Below are positions 40,772 to 51,040 of a DNA stretch of 64,000 nt, piece after piece; position 1 is the first letter of the stretch; each line of letters begins with the position of its first letter. The stretch covers positions 4,480,001 to 4,544,000 of the forward strand of contig CBDFKD010000002.1 of NCBI GenBank assembly GCA_965248695.1, given 5' to 3'. This stretch comes from Acidobacteriota bacterium. Its GTDB lineage: Bacteria > Acidobacteriota > UBA890 > WLXD01. The notes under the pieces were generated by a model. The model was not told the origin of the DNA and did not search any database. It was given only the letters and a program-made list of their open reading frames with translations. The translations under genes were made by a program, and so were the position numbers.

Positions 40772-41103
40772 TGGTCTCCTCATCGACGGGCAGCGCCGCT
40801 GCCCTTCCATTGGATGAGCGGCGTGCGAGGTTTCTATCACGTTGGTTGTGGGTGAGTCACCGGCGCAACCAGCCCAACGCCAACTCCGAAAATCCGAGCG
40901 ACAACAGCTCGCTACGAAAGCGACGATGCTCGCCTCCCGCCGCGCTATGGCGCAGAAGGACGGCCTGTGGCCTGGGCGAGCAGGCGACGTCGCGGCGGCA
41001 CGATCGGTCGGTTGAGCCACCCCGCGCTTGCGATTACGATCAGCGCCGCGCTCAAGACATGGGCGGGGATGCCAGCTGACCCGACGATCGGGCGGAGCCG
41101 CAA

Positions 41104-42849
41104 ATGACCGACCTCGATGACCGGCTTGCCGACTTGGAAGAGCGCATCCGCCGACTCGAGGAGGCCCGGGGAACGGCGGGGGCACCGGCGGTCACCGCAG
41201 AAGTGCCGGTGGGTGCAACTACACCGCCCCGACAGCGGCGAATACCGGCGGAGCGCGAGAGGCCGCCGCTACGCTCCGACTCGCCACCAGCGCCACCCAT
41301 CGCGGCCGCCGGCGTCGACGAGCCTCGGCTGTCGGTAGCAACCGGAGTGCTCGGCGTCAGCGGCGCCGTGGCGTTGGTGCTCGCCGCGATGTACCTGATC
41401 CGCCTGGCGATTGATTCCGGATGGCTGACGCCGACGCGTCAGATCGGCCTCGCCACGCTCAGCGGCTTGGCGCTCATCGGGCTCGGTCTGATGCTCGCCG
41501 GGCGTCAGCCGGGCGCGGCGGCGGGAGCGGGTCGGCGCCGTTACGCGGCGTTGTTGCCCGGCGCCGGTGTCGTGATCCTGTTCTTAACGGTGTACGGGGC
41601 GCATGTGTATCACGGGCTCATCTCGGCGCCAGTGGCGACCGCTGCCGTTGCCAGCGTGTGCCTGGCCTCGCTGTGGCTCGGCCATGTCTTCGGCACCGAT
41701 CTTTACGCGCTCTTTGCGGTAGTAGGCGCCTATTCGACGCCGTTCTTCCTGTCGACTTCGCAGCTCGATCTGGAGGACTTGCTCATCTACTTCTCCGCCT
41801 GGAGCATCCTCTTCTGCGTGCACGCGCTGTGGGTCGGCTCGCGCACCGCCTATCTCGTGGCGATGTATCTGGCGATCGTGGGATTCGATCTGATCTGGCG
41901 CGACGCCGGGCAGCCTGACTGGTCGACGGCAGCTATCTACCAGGCAATCCAGTTCTTCATTTTCACCGCTACGGCGGTGGTGTACTCGGTGCGGCGCGAC
42001 GAGCCGATGACCGAAACCGAAGCGGCATGCGGTCATATGCCGGCGTTGTTGATCTTCTACGTGCTCGAGTATTCGATCCTCGATCGGCACCTGGAGGCAT
42101 GGGCGCCGTGGATCGCCTTCGCCAGCGTGCTGGCGTTGTTCGTGGCGCATTTCGTTGCCACACGGGTGATGCGTAGGAGCACCGCGGCCAGCGGCGCGAT
42201 CGTGGGTGTCTACGCCGTGTTGGTTACCTTGCACGCCGGCTACGTGGAGCTACTCCCGGGCCGGTGGGCGCCGTGGGTGGCGCTTGCGGCCGTGCTTGCC
42301 AGCGCAGTGCTGGCGCGCGGTGACGCCGGCACCGGGGTTACCGCGCGGCTGGCGCAGCTGGCGCTGTTTGCTGTGTTCGCGCTCAACTACCTGCGCGTGC
42401 TAAGCGATCTCGACATGAGTCAAGTACCCGGTGAAATGTGGCTGCGGCTGCTGTATCCGGCAGTGTTGTATGCCGGCTACGGGCTGACGCGGCAGGAGGA
42501 GGGGCGGCTCGGGTTTCGCGTGCCGTTGCTGTACGCCGCACACATCGCCGCCATGGCTGCGGTCGTGTGGTTCGTCGATGCGAGCTTCCTTACGTCCGTG
42601 CTCTGGGGAACGATCGCAGTTGCGGGTCTCACTGTCGCCGTGTGGCTGCGCGACAGGCCGCTTGGACGGTCGTCATTTCTGGTGTTCGCAGTCTCCGGCT
42701 TGAAAGTGCTGCTCTATGATCTGGCAGGCGCTGCGCCGCTGGTGCGCATCGGTAGCTTGGTGGCGCTGGGTGTGAGTCTCTTCGTGGGTGGCTGGCTGTA
42801 TCAGGAGCTCAGCACCTCCTCCACTCCCCGGCAACGAAGCCAGAGCTGA
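41104..42849 (+). CDS. DUF2339-like multi-pass membrane protein
   Basis: N-terminal coiled coil and Pro linker, AIDSGWLTP, many TM helices, KVLLYDL...RIGS C-terminus. Confidence 0.8.
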   Translation: MTDLDDRLADLEERIRRLEEARGTAGAPAVTAEVPVGATTPPRQRRIPAERERPPLRSDSPPAPPIAAAGVDEPRLSVATGVLGVSGAVALVLAAMYLIRLAIDSGWLTPTRQIGLATLSGLALIGLGLMLAGRQPGAAAGAGRRRYAALLPGAGVVILFLTVYGAHVYHGLISAPVATAAVASVCLASLWLGHVFGTDLYALFAVVGAYSTPFFLSTSQLDLEDLLIYFSAWSILFCVHALWVGSRTAYLVAMYLAIVGFDLIWRDAGQPDWSTAAIYQAIQFFIFTATAVVYSVRRDEPMTETEAACGHMPALLIFYVLEYSILDRHLEAWAPWIAFASVLALFVAHFVATRVMRRSTAASGAIVGVYAVLVTLHAGYVELLPGRWAPWVALAAVLASAVLARGDAGTGVTARLAQLALFAVFALNYLRVLSDLDMSQVPGEMWLRLLYPAVLYAGYGLTRQEEGRLGFRVPLLYAAHIAAMAAVVWFVDASFLTSVLWGTIAVAGLTVAVWLRDRPLGRSSFLVFAVSGLKVLLYDLAGAAPLVRIGSLVALGVSLFVGGWLYQELSTSSTPRQRSQS

Positions 42850-42854
42850 GGGTC

Positions 42855-45101
42855 GTGCGACCGACGGCCAGGGTGCCTGTCTGCGGGTCAGCTCTGAGTC
42901 CCACCGTGGGGCGGTGGCTGCGCGTGTGTATCGGCGTGTCGATCGGGCTGCTGGCGGCGACCGCCGCCGCTGCGCAGACTGCTCCCGAGGAAACCAAGCT
43001 CACCAGGGCGACCTTTACCGATACTCCGCCGCTCCTCGATGGTCGCGTCGACGACGCCGTCTGGGAGGCGGCCGAGGTCATCACCGACTTCGTGCAGAAA
43101 GACCCGGTCGCTGGCGCCCAACCGTCACGCCGCACCGAGGTCCGGATTCTCTACGACAAGAGCAACATCTACTTCGGATGGACGATGTACGACGATCCGG
43201 AGGCGATTGTGGCGACGTCGCTCGAGCGCGACAGGTTCAAGATCGACGACGACCACATCACCATGGTGCTCGACACCTTCCACGACCACCGCAATGCCTT
43301 CATGTTCGCGGTCAACCCGCTGGGCACGAAGTTCGATTGGGCGATCACCGACGAGAGTCAGGTGAACGGCAACTGGGACGAGGCCTGGGAAACCGCCACC
43401 GTGATCACCGAGGACGGCTGGGAGGCGGAAGTCGTGATCCCGTTCGCCATTCTCCGGTATCCGGCCGGGACGCACGTGTGGGGCCTGGAGCTGGACCGCG
43501 GCATCGGTCGCCATCGCGAGGAGATCAACTGGAACAACTTCGGCCGCGACTACGACTGGCGCGCAATCTCGCAGTCGGGGCACCTCGCCGGGTTGGAGAA
43601 CCTCCAGCTTACCGATCGATTTCGCTTCAAGCCGTTCGCCACTGCGGGTTACGACTCACTGCGGCAACGGGATCAGCCGGTGTCGGAAGGAAAAGGAAGG
43701 GGAGAGCTCGGCGTCGAGGTCTTCAAGATCCAGCTGACCCCGAACCTGACCGCCAACTTGACGGCGAACACCGATTTCGCCCAGGTGGAGGTCGACGACC
43801 AGCGCGTGAACCTGACGCGTTTTTCGTTGTTCTTCCCCGAGAAGCGTGAGTTCTTCCTGGAGGCCAACGACAGCTTCACCTTCGGTACGCTTTCGCGCCG
43901 CGGTCAAGGAGGGGGTGGGGGCTTCGGCCGCCAGCCGCCGCTGGCACTACTGTTCTTTTCGCGGCGCATCGGCCTCGGCCCGGGCGGCGAGCCGGTTCCG
44001 ATCCGTTTCGGCGGCAAGCTCACCGGTAAGATCGGTAGTGGCAGCGTCGGATTGCTCAACGTCCAGACAGGTGACTCGCAGTTCGGCGCCGGCCAGAACT
44101 ACACCGCGGTGCGGTGGAAGCAGGACGTACTCGACCGCTCCAGCGTCGGGGCGCTGGTCACCAACGTGCAGCGCCCCAATGGCGAGTTCAATCGAGTATT
44201 CGGTGCGGACGTCGATTTCACCTTCTTTGACCACCTCTTTGTTTCCGGCTTTGTCGCCGGTTCCAACGATAGTGAGATAGACGGCACCCCATGGGCAGGG
44301 CAGTTCAGCGTTGGTTGGGACACCGACAGGTTCGGGGCCTCGGGCGACGTGACGTACATCGACGAGGACTTCGACAGCGATCTCGGCTTTGTCCGGCGGC
44401 GCGACATCATTCGCCAGAACTATCAGGCGCGCTGGTCGTCGCGCCCGGACTGGGCCGTACTTCGGCGCACGTCGCTGACCGGCTCACTCGAGCACATCAC
44501 TGACACTGTCGGAGATCTCGTGTCTCGTCGGGCTGCCGCCGATGTCAACTTCGAGCTCGATTCGGGCGACCGGATCACGCTCAGCGTGCACCGCAACTTC
44601 GAGCGGCTGGATTTCGATTTCCAGATCGACGAGACGATCGCCATACCGATCGGGAGCTACTCCTGGACCGATGGCCGTGTCAGCCTGCGGACCACGGACC
44701 GGCGCTGGCTCAGCGGCAACGTCAACCTGGATCTGGGTGATTTCTACGACGGCAGGCGAATCGGTATTGGCGGCGGGCCGGCGATTCGGTTCAGCGAGCG
44801 CTTCGGGCTGCGGCCAGAGTACAGCTACAATCGCATCCGACTGCCGGGCGGGGAGTTCTCGACCCACCTGGTGCGCGTGCGTGCCAACTTGCATTTCTCC
44901 GATCGAGTGCTGATCGACACGCTCGCCCAGCACAGCAGCGTCAGCGATCAGCTGTCGCTGTTCGCCCGCCTGCGCTACATCTATCGGCCCGGTGACGATT
45001 TCTATCTCGTCTACCGGCAATCGACAGCGTACGAAGGCGTGTTCGACGGCCTCGACGATCGGTCGCTGACCGCCAAGATGACCTACGCGTTCGACTGGTA
45101 G
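42855..45101 (+). CDS. CBM9-like sugar-binding / DUF5916 outer-membrane protein (copy 2)
   Basis: Same motifs as copy 1; ends in YAFDW, an aromatic outer-membrane beta-signal. Confidence 0.87.
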   Translation: MRPTARVPVCGSALSPTVGRWLRVCIGVSIGLLAATAAAAQTAPEETKLTRATFTDTPPLLDGRVDDAVWEAAEVITDFVQKDPVAGAQPSRRTEVRILYDKSNIYFGWTMYDDPEAIVATSLERDRFKIDDDHITMVLDTFHDHRNAFMFAVNPLGTKFDWAITDESQVNGNWDEAWETATVITEDGWEAEVVIPFAILRYPAGTHVWGLELDRGIGRHREEINWNNFGRDYDWRAISQSGHLAGLENLQLTDRFRFKPFATAGYDSLRQRDQPVSEGKGRGELGVEVFKIQLTPNLTANLTANTDFAQVEVDDQRVNLTRFSLFFPEKREFFLEANDSFTFGTLSRRGQGGGGGFGRQPPLALLFFSRRIGLGPGGEPVPIRFGGKLTGKIGSGSVGLLNVQTGDSQFGAGQNYTAVRWKQDVLDRSSVGALVTNVQRPNGEFNRVFGADVDFTFFDHLFVSGFVAGSNDSEIDGTPWAGQFSVGWDTDRFGASGDVTYIDEDFDSDLGFVRRRDIIRQNYQARWSSRPDWAVLRRTSLTGSLEHITDTVGDLVSRRAAADVNFELDSGDRITLSVHRNFERLDFDFQIDETIAIPIGSYSWTDGRVSLRTTDRRWLSGNVNLDLGDFYDGRRIGIGGGPAIRFSERFGLRPEYSYNRIRLPGGEFSTHLVRVRANLHFSDRVLIDTLAQHSSVSDQLSLFARLRYIYRPGDDFYLVYRQSTAYEGVFDGLDDRSLTAKMTYAFDW

Positions 45102-45151
45102 TGGCGCGTTCGGAGGGCCGTCAGCGTGGTCATGTCGGCGCGGCGGGTACG

Positions 45152-46324
45152 TCAGTCGTCCTCGTACTCGTGCTCGGCCTCGATCAGCGCCCCCTCCGCG
45201 AAGCGTTGCGGCCTGAACGCGGTGATGTCCACGGTCGAGGCGTGGCCGTCGAGTAGCAGCTCCGACATCACGACGCCGATCGCCGGCGAGATCTTGAAGC
45301 CCATGCCGCTGAAACCGGCGGCGACGTACAGTCCGGAGACCTCCGGAGTTTCACCAAGGATGGGACGAGTGTCCGGGCTGACGTCGTAGATGCCGGTGAC
45401 CGCCCGCTGGATGCCGGCCTCCTCGAGGGCAGGCACCCGGTGTGCCGCGCTCATCACCAGGTCGGCGAGCTCCTCTTCGGGCGGGTTGTCCTGGAAGTCG
45501 TTCGGGTCCACCTGGCGATCGCCGTAGAAATCGCCAACAAGCGTGACGTCACCGGCATCCGAACGGAAGTATGTCCGGGTGATGGAATCGATGCAGGCGC
45601 AACCGGACGGCTTCATCTCGGACGTGTTCTGGAGCACAGCCACCTGGTGGTACTCGGGCTCGATCGGTAGGTCGACGCCTGCCGTTTGCAGCAGGGGCGA
45701 GCTCCATGGCCCCATTGCGCATACGACCATCGGCGCCTCGATGCTGCCCTGGTCGGTTTCCACGCCGCGGATACGGTTATCCTCCACGTGAAGTCCAGTG
45801 ACTGGGGTATGTGGCCTGTAGTCGACGCCCATCTCGCGGGCGCGCGACAGGAAGTCGCCAGCGACGACGGCACCGTCGCCGTACCCGGAATCCGGTTCGT
45901 AGGCGGCCAGAGCGATGTCTTCGACGTTCCAGTCGGGCTCGATATCGGCTAGCTCTGCGCCGTTGAGCAGCTCGACGCGGGCTCCGAGCCCGCGTTGCAT
46001 CTCTACCTGGGCGCGGAGCCGTCCGATTTCGGCCTCGGGAACCAGGCGGACGAAGCCGACGTTGCGGAACAGCGCCGGGCGCTCGACGATGTCTTCCCAG
46101 TTCTGGAAGATCTCCAGGCTGCGCAGCGCCAGCTGCACCTCGGCGGGGAAGCTGTAGTGCATGCGGATGAGGGCCGACGATCGGCCGCTACCGCCAGCTG
46201 CAACCACGTCTCGGTCGAGCAGCACCACGCGCCCGGGCGAGCGTCGTGCGAGCTGGAAAGCGATCGATGTGCCGATGACGCCGGCGCCCAGGACAACGAT
46301 GTCAGCGGTGTTCTTGTCGCTCAT
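45152..46324 (-). CDS. FAD-dependent oxidoreductase, DAO/sarcosine oxidase beta family
   Basis: LGAGVIG, GSGRSSALIRMHY, YDVSPD..PILG, GFSGMGFK. Confidence 0.9.
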   Translation of the reverse strand: MSDKNTADIVVLGAGVIGTSIAFQLARRSPGRVVLLDRDVVAAGGSGRSSALIRMHYSFPAEVQLALRSLEIFQNWEDIVERPALFRNVGFVRLVPEAEIGRLRAQVEMQRGLGARVELLNGAELADIEPDWNVEDIALAAYEPDSGYGDGAVVAGDFLSRAREMGVDYRPHTPVTGLHVEDNRIRGVETDQGSIEAPMVVCAMGPWSSPLLQTAGVDLPIEPEYHQVAVLQNTSEMKPSGCACIDSITRTYFRSDAGDVTLVGDFYGDRQVDPNDFQDNPPEEELADLVMSAAHRVPALEEAGIQRAVTGIYDVSPDTRPILGETPEVSGLYVAAGFSGMGFKISPAIGVVMSELLLDGHASTVDITAFRPQRFAEGALIEAEHEYEDD

Positions 46325-47931
46325 ACGCGCCTCCGGCGCAGGTCGCCAAGCACTTGCTTGGCAGCGTTGTGGCCCGGCGCCGCGGTAACACCGCCACCGG
46401 GATGTGCGCCAGCACCACACAGATAGAGTCCGTCGACGGGCGTTCGGTACTGTGCCCACCCCGGTATCGGGCGCATGAAGAACAGCTGGTCAATGCTCAG
46501 GTCGCCGTGGAAGATGTTGCCCTCCGTGAGGCCGTAAGTGCGCTCCAGGTCAAGCGGGGTAAGCACCTGTCGCGCCACGATGGCGTCGGGGACATTGGGA
46601 GCGTACTCACCGATCTTGGTGACGACGCGATCGCCCAGCAACTCGCGGTTGTCATCCCAGCTCCCTTCTCGAAGTTGGTACGGCACATACTGCACGAAAC
46701 ATCCCACGACGTGGCGGCCGGCCGGGGCCAACGTGTCGTCGATCACCGATGCCCAGACACAATCCACCCACAGCTGCTCGGGAATCTCGCCCATCTTGGC
46801 GATGTCGTAGCAGCGCTCGGCGAACTCCAACGACGGCACCAACGTGAAGAGCGATCGCTGCGCGGGGCTGGCGTCCCTGGGCATACCGTTGACCCGGGGC
46901 TCTTCGGAAAGGACCAGGTTCACTTTGGCGCACGGACCGTCCATCTTTATGCCGGCGATCGCCGAGCGGAACTCGTCGTCCAGCATCGCCGGCTCGACCA
47001 GGCCGAGGAAGGTGCGCTTGGGGTCGGCGTTCGAGACCACCGTGGCGGCGCTGATCTCGGTCCCGTCCTCCAGAACGACGCCGTGGGCACGTTCCTCCAC
47101 CACCGTGATTCGGCTCACCGGGCTCGACGTCCGGATCTCGACCCCGAGTTGCCGGCAGGCAGCCGCCATCGCCTCGGTGATGGCGCCCATGCCACCGATG
47201 ACGTGCCCGGAGAAACCCTGCTGGTCGTGTTCGCCGCCCGAGAGCAGATGGAACAGCAAGCCGATCGCGGTACCCGGCTGGTAGGGTCCGCCGTGCTTGC
47301 CGTAAACGTTGTTGGCCAGAAACAGCGTCTTGACCTCGTCCGACTCGTAGTTGCGATCCAGGAACTCGCCCAGGCTACCGGTCAGGAAGGACACCAGCCG
47401 ACCCATCTCGTCACCGGTCATCCCGAGGAATCGACGCCCCACTCGCAGGAGCTCCACGAGGCCAGAGAGTCCACGGGTGTGGACGTCGGGCGGTGGCTCC
47501 ATGAAGAACGGCTGCAGGTATCGCGCCAGCTGTTTGAGGTCCTCCTCGACGCGCACGAAAGTGCGAGCGTCGCGCTCCGAGTAGCGGGCGAGCTCGGCTA
47601 CGGTGCGCTCGCGATCGTGCCACCACGGCAAGACCGTCCCCTCGGGGAACGCTACCTGCAGCGAGGGATCGCAGGGGACCATACGCAGCCCGTGCTCGCC
47701 CAGCTTCAGATCGCGGATCACCTCGGGGCGCAACATGCTGGCGATGTAAGAGGTGGTGGAAGCGCGGCAACCGGGGGCGATCTCCTCGGTGACGCAGGCA
47801 CCACCGACGATCTCGCGCCGCTCGAGCACCAGCGTTCGTAGGCCGCCCTTGGCAAGGTAGGCGGCCGCTACCAGGCCGTTGTGCCCGGCACCGACGACGA
47901 TGACGTCGAAGTCTGTGGTGCGGTGTCCCAT
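46321..47931 (-). CDS. Phytoene desaturase-like NAD(P)/FAD oxidoreductase
   Basis: GAGHNGLVAAAYLA, GGMG, TPLDLE, GNIFHG, LCGAGAHPGGGV. Confidence 0.9.
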   Translation of the reverse strand: MGHRTTDFDVIVVGAGHNGLVAAAYLAKGGLRTLVLERREIVGGACVTEEIAPGCRASTTSYIASMLRPEVIRDLKLGEHGLRMVPCDPSLQVAFPEGTVLPWWHDRERTVAELARYSERDARTFVRVEEDLKQLARYLQPFFMEPPPDVHTRGLSGLVELLRVGRRFLGMTGDEMGRLVSFLTGSLGEFLDRNYESDEVKTLFLANNVYGKHGGPYQPGTAIGLLFHLLSGGEHDQQGFSGHVIGGMGAITEAMAAACRQLGVEIRTSSPVSRITVVEERAHGVVLEDGTEISAATVVSNADPKRTFLGLVEPAMLDDEFRSAIAGIKMDGPCAKVNLVLSEEPRVNGMPRDASPAQRSLFTLVPSLEFAERCYDIAKMGEIPEQLWVDCVWASVIDDTLAPAGRHVVGCFVQYVPYQLREGSWDDNRELLGDRVVTKIGEYAPNVPDAIVARQVLTPLDLERTYGLTEGNIFHGDLSIDQLFFMRPIPGWAQYRTPVDGLYLCGAGAHPGGGVTAAPGHNAAKQVLGDLRRRRV

Positions 47932-48000
47932 GGCTCATGCCAGTAGTGGTGGACCGATACCCGATCGCCGCCGCAGGCGACGACGGTGCGCGCTTGGCTG

Positions 48001-49269
48001 CTAGCCCACTCCCTGCCAGAGATCCTCGACGCGGAATACCACCTCACCGTCGCCTCGGACCGTCCAGGCGGTGATCGGGTTGAGATGGTAGGAGGTGTCG
48101 GGGCGGCCCCGTACCTTAACCAATTCCGCTCCGGTGGGCTGCACGGTGCCGGTCTCGTCTACGGCGCGACTGAGGATCTGGGTCTCGGCACCGTCCCAGT
48201 GCCACAGATGGCGGAAGCGTGTATGGGCTTTCGAAAGCACCGGTGGCTGCAGCTGCGCCGGCGCCCAGGAGCGCCCGGAGTCAGTGCTGATGTCGACGCG
48301 CTGGATCTTGCCGTTACCGCTCCAGGCAAGGCCGCGAACCTCCACCCACCCGGGCTGTAGATGGTTCGGATAGGCAGGGAACGTGATGATCGATCGCGCG
48401 CTCATCACGAAGCTGAACATCCGAGCATTGCCGTCGGTGTGAACCTCGGTGTAGCGCGCGGTTTCCTCGCGGGTCATGAAGGGAGCGTCCGACACCTCGA
48501 TGCGTCGTAGCCATTTGACGCTGGAGTTGCCCTCCCATCCCGGCAGCAGTAGGCGCATCGGGTAGCCTTGTTCGGGACGCATTGCCTCGCCGTTCTGTGC
48601 GTACGCGATCATGGCGTCGTCCCACCCCTTGCTCATGGGCACGCTCCGGGTCATCACCGCCGCGTCCGCCCCCTCGGCGAGAAACCATGTCGCCTCCGGC
48701 TTGGCGCCGACCTCGCGGAAGATCGTCGACAGCAGCACCCCGGTCCATTCGCTCTGGCTGGTCATCCCGCAGATGTCGCCCGGGGTGTTTTCCTCACGGG
48801 CGTACCAGTAGAGGTTGCCGGCGCATTCGAGAAAACAGATTCGCGAGACGGCCGGAAAGCGCCGTAGCTCATGCAGCGTCAGCTTCAGCGGCTGGTCGAC
48901 CATGCCGTGGACCAGTAGATGGTGACGTTCCGGGTCGATCTGCGGTACGCCGCCGTGATGGCGCTCGAAGTGCAGGCCCGAGGGTGTGAGCATGCCGTAC
49001 AAATCTTGCAGCGGCGTGCGCGAGCCACGCGCGCTGGTGAGGATGCGCGATGGCTGCTCGAAGGACGAACGGTCACCGATGGCGCGTGAGTCCGCGCCGG
49101 GGCGCTTGGTGGGATCCTCCGCGGTCGACGGAATCCCCTGCGCCGGTGTCTGGATCATCCTGCCGTCGGCCGAACGAGTCAGAACAACCCCGGCCGCCGC
49201 CGTCGCTCCGGCAAGCAACTTGCGGCGGCTAATGGCACTGGTGCGCTCAGGCGGTTTCCTATTGCTCAT
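48001..49269 (-). CDS. soxC: Sulfite oxidase-family molybdoenzyme SoxC
   Basis: Tat motif SRRKLL, TPSGLHFERHHGG, FLECAGN (Mo-ligating Cys), RPEQGYP, PGWEG, SRAVDETG. Confidence 0.9.
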   Translation of the reverse strand: MSNRKPPERTSAISRRKLLAGATAAAGVVLTRSADGRMIQTPAQGIPSTAEDPTKRPGADSRAIGDRSSFEQPSRILTSARGSRTPLQDLYGMLTPSGLHFERHHGGVPQIDPERHHLLVHGMVDQPLKLTLHELRRFPAVSRICFLECAGNLYWYAREENTPGDICGMTSQSEWTGVLLSTIFREVGAKPEATWFLAEGADAAVMTRSVPMSKGWDDAMIAYAQNGEAMRPEQGYPMRLLLPGWEGNSSVKWLRRIEVSDAPFMTREETARYTEVHTDGNARMFSFVMSARSIITFPAYPNHLQPGWVEVRGLAWSGNGKIQRVDISTDSGRSWAPAQLQPPVLSKAHTRFRHLWHWDGAETQILSRAVDETGTVQPTGAELVKVRGRPDTSYHLNPITAWTVRGDGEVVFRVEDLWQGVG

Positions 49270-49963
49270 GAGGACGGAACCGATCGTGGGCCGGCATCAC
49301 GACCCGGGGCAGAGATTCGCGGTTCATCTCGACGTCCCCGGCAACGATCTCGTTGCGGTACAGCAAGTACGCGGTGAGACCATAGACGTCGTCGTTGGAC
49401 AGTGAGCCCGGAGATTCGGTCGGCATGGTGCGCCGGATGTAGTCGAACACAGTGGTTGCGTAGGGCCAGTAGCTACCGATCGTCTTCGGCTGCGTCGGGT
49501 CCTGCGCGAACGGGAAGGCATCGTTCGGCTGTCTGCCGACCAGAATGTTGTAAGGACCCTCTACACCAGTCGCCCCATGGCATGAGCTACAGCGCGCGGT
49601 GTACACGCTAGCGCCCGACGCAACGGTACCGCTACCGGGCGGCAAGCCCTTGCCGTCGGGGCGGACATCGATGTCCCACGCGGCGATCTCGTTCTCGCTG
49701 GCGGCGTGCCCGAACTCGAAACGCGCCGGCCAGCCATCGGTAGCATCCTGCCCCGATGGGGGCGAATCTTGCTGGCGGCTGGCTGCTCCCGACTCCTGCG
49801 GACGAGAAAAACCGTCCCCGTATGCTGGAAGCGCCAGCGGAAGCGCGGCGAACACCACAAACACCGCGGTCACGGATGCGACAGGAGGACGTGGAGGCGG
49901 CCGCCGGATCACAGCGCGGAAGGCAGGTGATGGGGCTCGACTGCGCGGACTCGCTCGAAGCAT
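49259..49963 (-). CDS. soxD: Monoheme cytochrome c, SoxD-like
   Basis: WDIDVRPDG.GLPPGSG, CSSCH, KTIGSYWPYATT.FDYIRR.MP; start uncertain. Confidence 0.85.
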   Translation of the reverse strand: MLRASPRSRAPSPAFRAVIRRPPPRPPVASVTAVFVVFAALPLALPAYGDGFSRPQESGAASRQQDSPPSGQDATDGWPARFEFGHAASENEIAAWDIDVRPDGKGLPPGSGTVASGASVYTARCSSCHGATGVEGPYNILVGRQPNDAFPFAQDPTQPKTIGSYWPYATTVFDYIRRTMPTESPGSLSNDDVYGLTAYLLYRNEIVAGDVEMNRESLPRVVMPAHDRFRPHEQ

Positions 49964-50052
49964 TGCCCGGCGATGATACCGTTCGCGAGCGGCCGATGTC
50001 AGGAAACAGTGGCGCCAGAAGGGGCGGCACGTAGCGGACCGAGGAGATCCCG

Positions 50053-51027
50053 ATGGCGATACGCGCGCCGATTCCGCTGTTGGTCCCGTTGCTGGCTTGT
50101 TTGGCGTGTACGGCGACGCCACCGGATCCTGCCACTTCGGCCGCCGAGCATCCTGAAGACGTCGCCGTAGAGCCGTTGCCGGGGTTGCCCGCCGGGGTCT
50201 TCTCGCGCGTGCACGAGATCGACGACGGCGTGTACGTGTACGAGCAGCTCGTCGGCCCTGGCGAGGTCGTCACCACGCTCAGCATGTTTGTGGTGACGCC
50301 GGAGGGCGTGCTGGTGGCCGACGGGCAGGGAAGCCCCGCAGACACGCAGCGCCTGATCCAAGAGGTCGCAAACGTCACCGCCGAGCCGATAACCCACGTG
50401 GTGATCTGCTCGGATCACGGAGATCACACGGCCGGCAACGTGGCCTTCCCTGCGCAGGCGGTCTTCTATGCGCATCCGGCCTCGTCGGCGACGCTTCGGG
50501 AACGGGCAACCCAGCCCGACCGACCGGCCGACGCGGCTCCCGTCACAGTCCCGACCGCGTTGGTGGACGACCGGTTGGAATTGCGAATTGGCGGCACGGC
50601 GGTCGAGATCTTGTTCCTCGGTCGGGCACATACCGGTGGTGATCTGGCCGTCTTTCTACCGGCGGAGAAGATCCTCTTCATGAGCGAGGCCTACTTCAAC
50701 GCGGTTTTCCCGGGTATGGGCACTGCGTACCCGACAGAATGGGTAGCGATGATCGATGCCGCCATGGCCATGGACGTGCGCGCGTACATACCGGGCCACT
50801 CGGTAGTCGGTTCGGCCGAGCTGCTGAGCCGGCAGGAGCTGGCGATGCATCGGCAGGCGGTCCAGCAAGTGATCGTCGAGGCTACGCGCCTTCACAGCGC
50901 CGGGCTGACGGCGGACGAGGCAGTAGAGGCCGCCGATTTCGGCGACCTGGAGGGCTGGGCTGATCGCCAGCTACAGGGGTCACGCGCCATACGGCGCGTA
51001 TACATGGAGCTCAACGATGAGTTGTAA
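50053..51027 (+). CDS. Metallo-beta-lactamase-fold hydrolase, probable lipoprotein
   Basis: LLACLAC, SDHGDHTAGN, GRAHTGGD, IPGH. Confidence 0.85.
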   Translation: MAIRAPIPLLVPLLACLACTATPPDPATSAAEHPEDVAVEPLPGLPAGVFSRVHEIDDGVYVYEQLVGPGEVVTTLSMFVVTPEGVLVADGQGSPADTQRLIQEVANVTAEPITHVVICSDHGDHTAGNVAFPAQAVFYAHPASSATLRERATQPDRPADAAPVTVPTALVDDRLELRIGGTAVEILFLGRAHTGGDLAVFLPAEKILFMSEAYFNAVFPGMGTAYPTEWVAMIDAAMAMDVRAYIPGHSVVGSAELLSRQELAMHRQAVQQVIVEATRLHSAGLTADEAVEAADFGDLEGWADRQLQGSRAIRRVYMELNDEL

Positions 51028-51040
51028 CGCTGAGGTATCG

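Noticed and set aside
46354-47841. 495-aa ORF antisense to the phytoene desaturase-like gene
   Set aside because: Shadow ORF with no independent coding evidence.
46321-47931. Carotenoid biosynthesis (crtI)
   Set aside because: No crtB, crtE or crtY nearby; the gene is coupled to an amine-oxidase-type flavoprotein.
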